DNA of 64,000 nucleotides from Haplodiscus bocki (Eukaryota): NCBI GenBank assembly GCA_965655095.1, contig OZ296652.1, positions 68,076,001 to 68,140,000 of the forward strand, read 5' to 3'. Shown piece by piece: positions 62,801 to 64,000 of this stretch (position 1 is its first letter; each line of letters starts with the position of its first letter). The notes under the pieces were generated by a model. It saw only the letters and a program-made list of their open reading frames with translations, ran no database searches and was not told where the DNA came from. The position numbers and the translations under genes were made by a program.

Positions 62801-64000
62801 GAACAGCAGATACGGTCTGGATGTTTGCAACAGCAAAAGAAAATAAAATCTTCCTTCTCTTTGAATATTTGAGGGAATCAGTTATCTTCTAAAATTGACC
62901 TAAATGCAGTTATTAATGCTAGCATACATTTTAAATTTAATTTTTCTCAGTCTCTTTTATTGAGAACCTCTACTTGAACAGCTCAGTGTGTCTCTTCTGA
63001 TTTTGTTACGGAAAACAGTTTGGTTTCTGTGATAGCTTTCTGCTATCCTGTGGCTTAGGCCATGCGTAAATTACCTTTATTGCTTAGCCGCCTGGTTTTA
63101 ATTATACTTTAATCAAGCCAACAATCATTTTATCTATTTTTTGGTGAAAGGACGCTACCGCTTCACAAAACAACCTATAAAAAGTTCTATAGAATTTAGG
63201 TTCTAGACGTTACCACAACATTAAGCGTGCCATGTTTTTCATGAACTTGGAATTGATAAACTTCGTTGCGGCTATGATTAATTGCCTCGGCCATTAGTCA
63301 TCTCAATTTCATTTCATTTCTTCGTGTTTTACGTTAGCAATGACATTTTTTAGACTGGTTGCTAGCACAGCATGCCACTGCAGCAGTCGACAGCTTTTTC
63401 CGCGATCAGACCAGTTTTGTTTGATAAAAACTTACTTGAAATTGCTCCTTTTTACCAATTTAACGTTTGACCTAAAAACTTCATTCCTCAAGGTCAAATA
63501 GCTTTTTCGACCCTGAAATATTGGTGTCCGGCTTTATGTCACCGTAATGGAGCCATTTTTCGGTCTACATCTGGGATCAAAATTTTTCAAACTTCTCAAC
63601 ATCGCCGCCCCATTTCCGCCTCAATCGTCTTTCAGAAGTGTGCAGAATGTTCAAGCTCTTCTTTACCGTTTTTTTTCACTTTCCGCTTTCTTTCGGTCTT
63701 TTCCTTCCTTTCTGTTTTTTTCAAGCTTTTTGAAACTGATTAAACACAGTTAATTGGACTTTATTAACTCAGTGAACTTGTCATGAAATGCTTAAGGAAT
63801 GAACATTCATGAGCTAAAGTTCACAGTTTAAAGCCGTCGAGCTTTTGCCTCTTTTGACACAGGCTCTACTACCTTTGACGTTTCGGAGCTTCGATCATTA
63901 TTGTTGTACGTTCTATAATCTATATTTTACCACAGCGTTACGCTGCTTTTTTACAGTCATACGAATTCACGTACCTCTAAATTGTCCCTTCGACAATCTG

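Overview
AT-rich, intron-containing animal genomic DNA, not prokaryotic. The ORF track mostly shows exon fragments and decayed transposon frames. There are three host genes on the + strand: the last seven exons of a divergent Arp2 (2644-4933), an SLC18B1-like MFS transporter (clear exons 38353-42979) and DEAF1 (SAND + MYND) with a single-exon coding region (50459-52993). The rest is mostly decayed mobile DNA: a tandem array of dead SGNH/GDSL esterase domains in an Arp2 intron, a Bel/Pao element, a probable Penelope remnant, a LINE 3' end, two Tc1/mariner-type MITEs, probable hAT and second Gypsy remnants, dispersed repeats and a 200-N gap. The most notable object is a ~10 kb Ty3/Gypsy element (~21976-31916) bounded by direct LTR-like repeats. 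After gag-pol it carries a decayed env-like ORF with chuvirus/gB-type (class III fusogen) motifs and a fourth ORF encoding a coiled coil followed by an HPD-containing DnaJ domain. All calls come from reading and motif recognition by eye; no database searches were run and identities are eye estimates.
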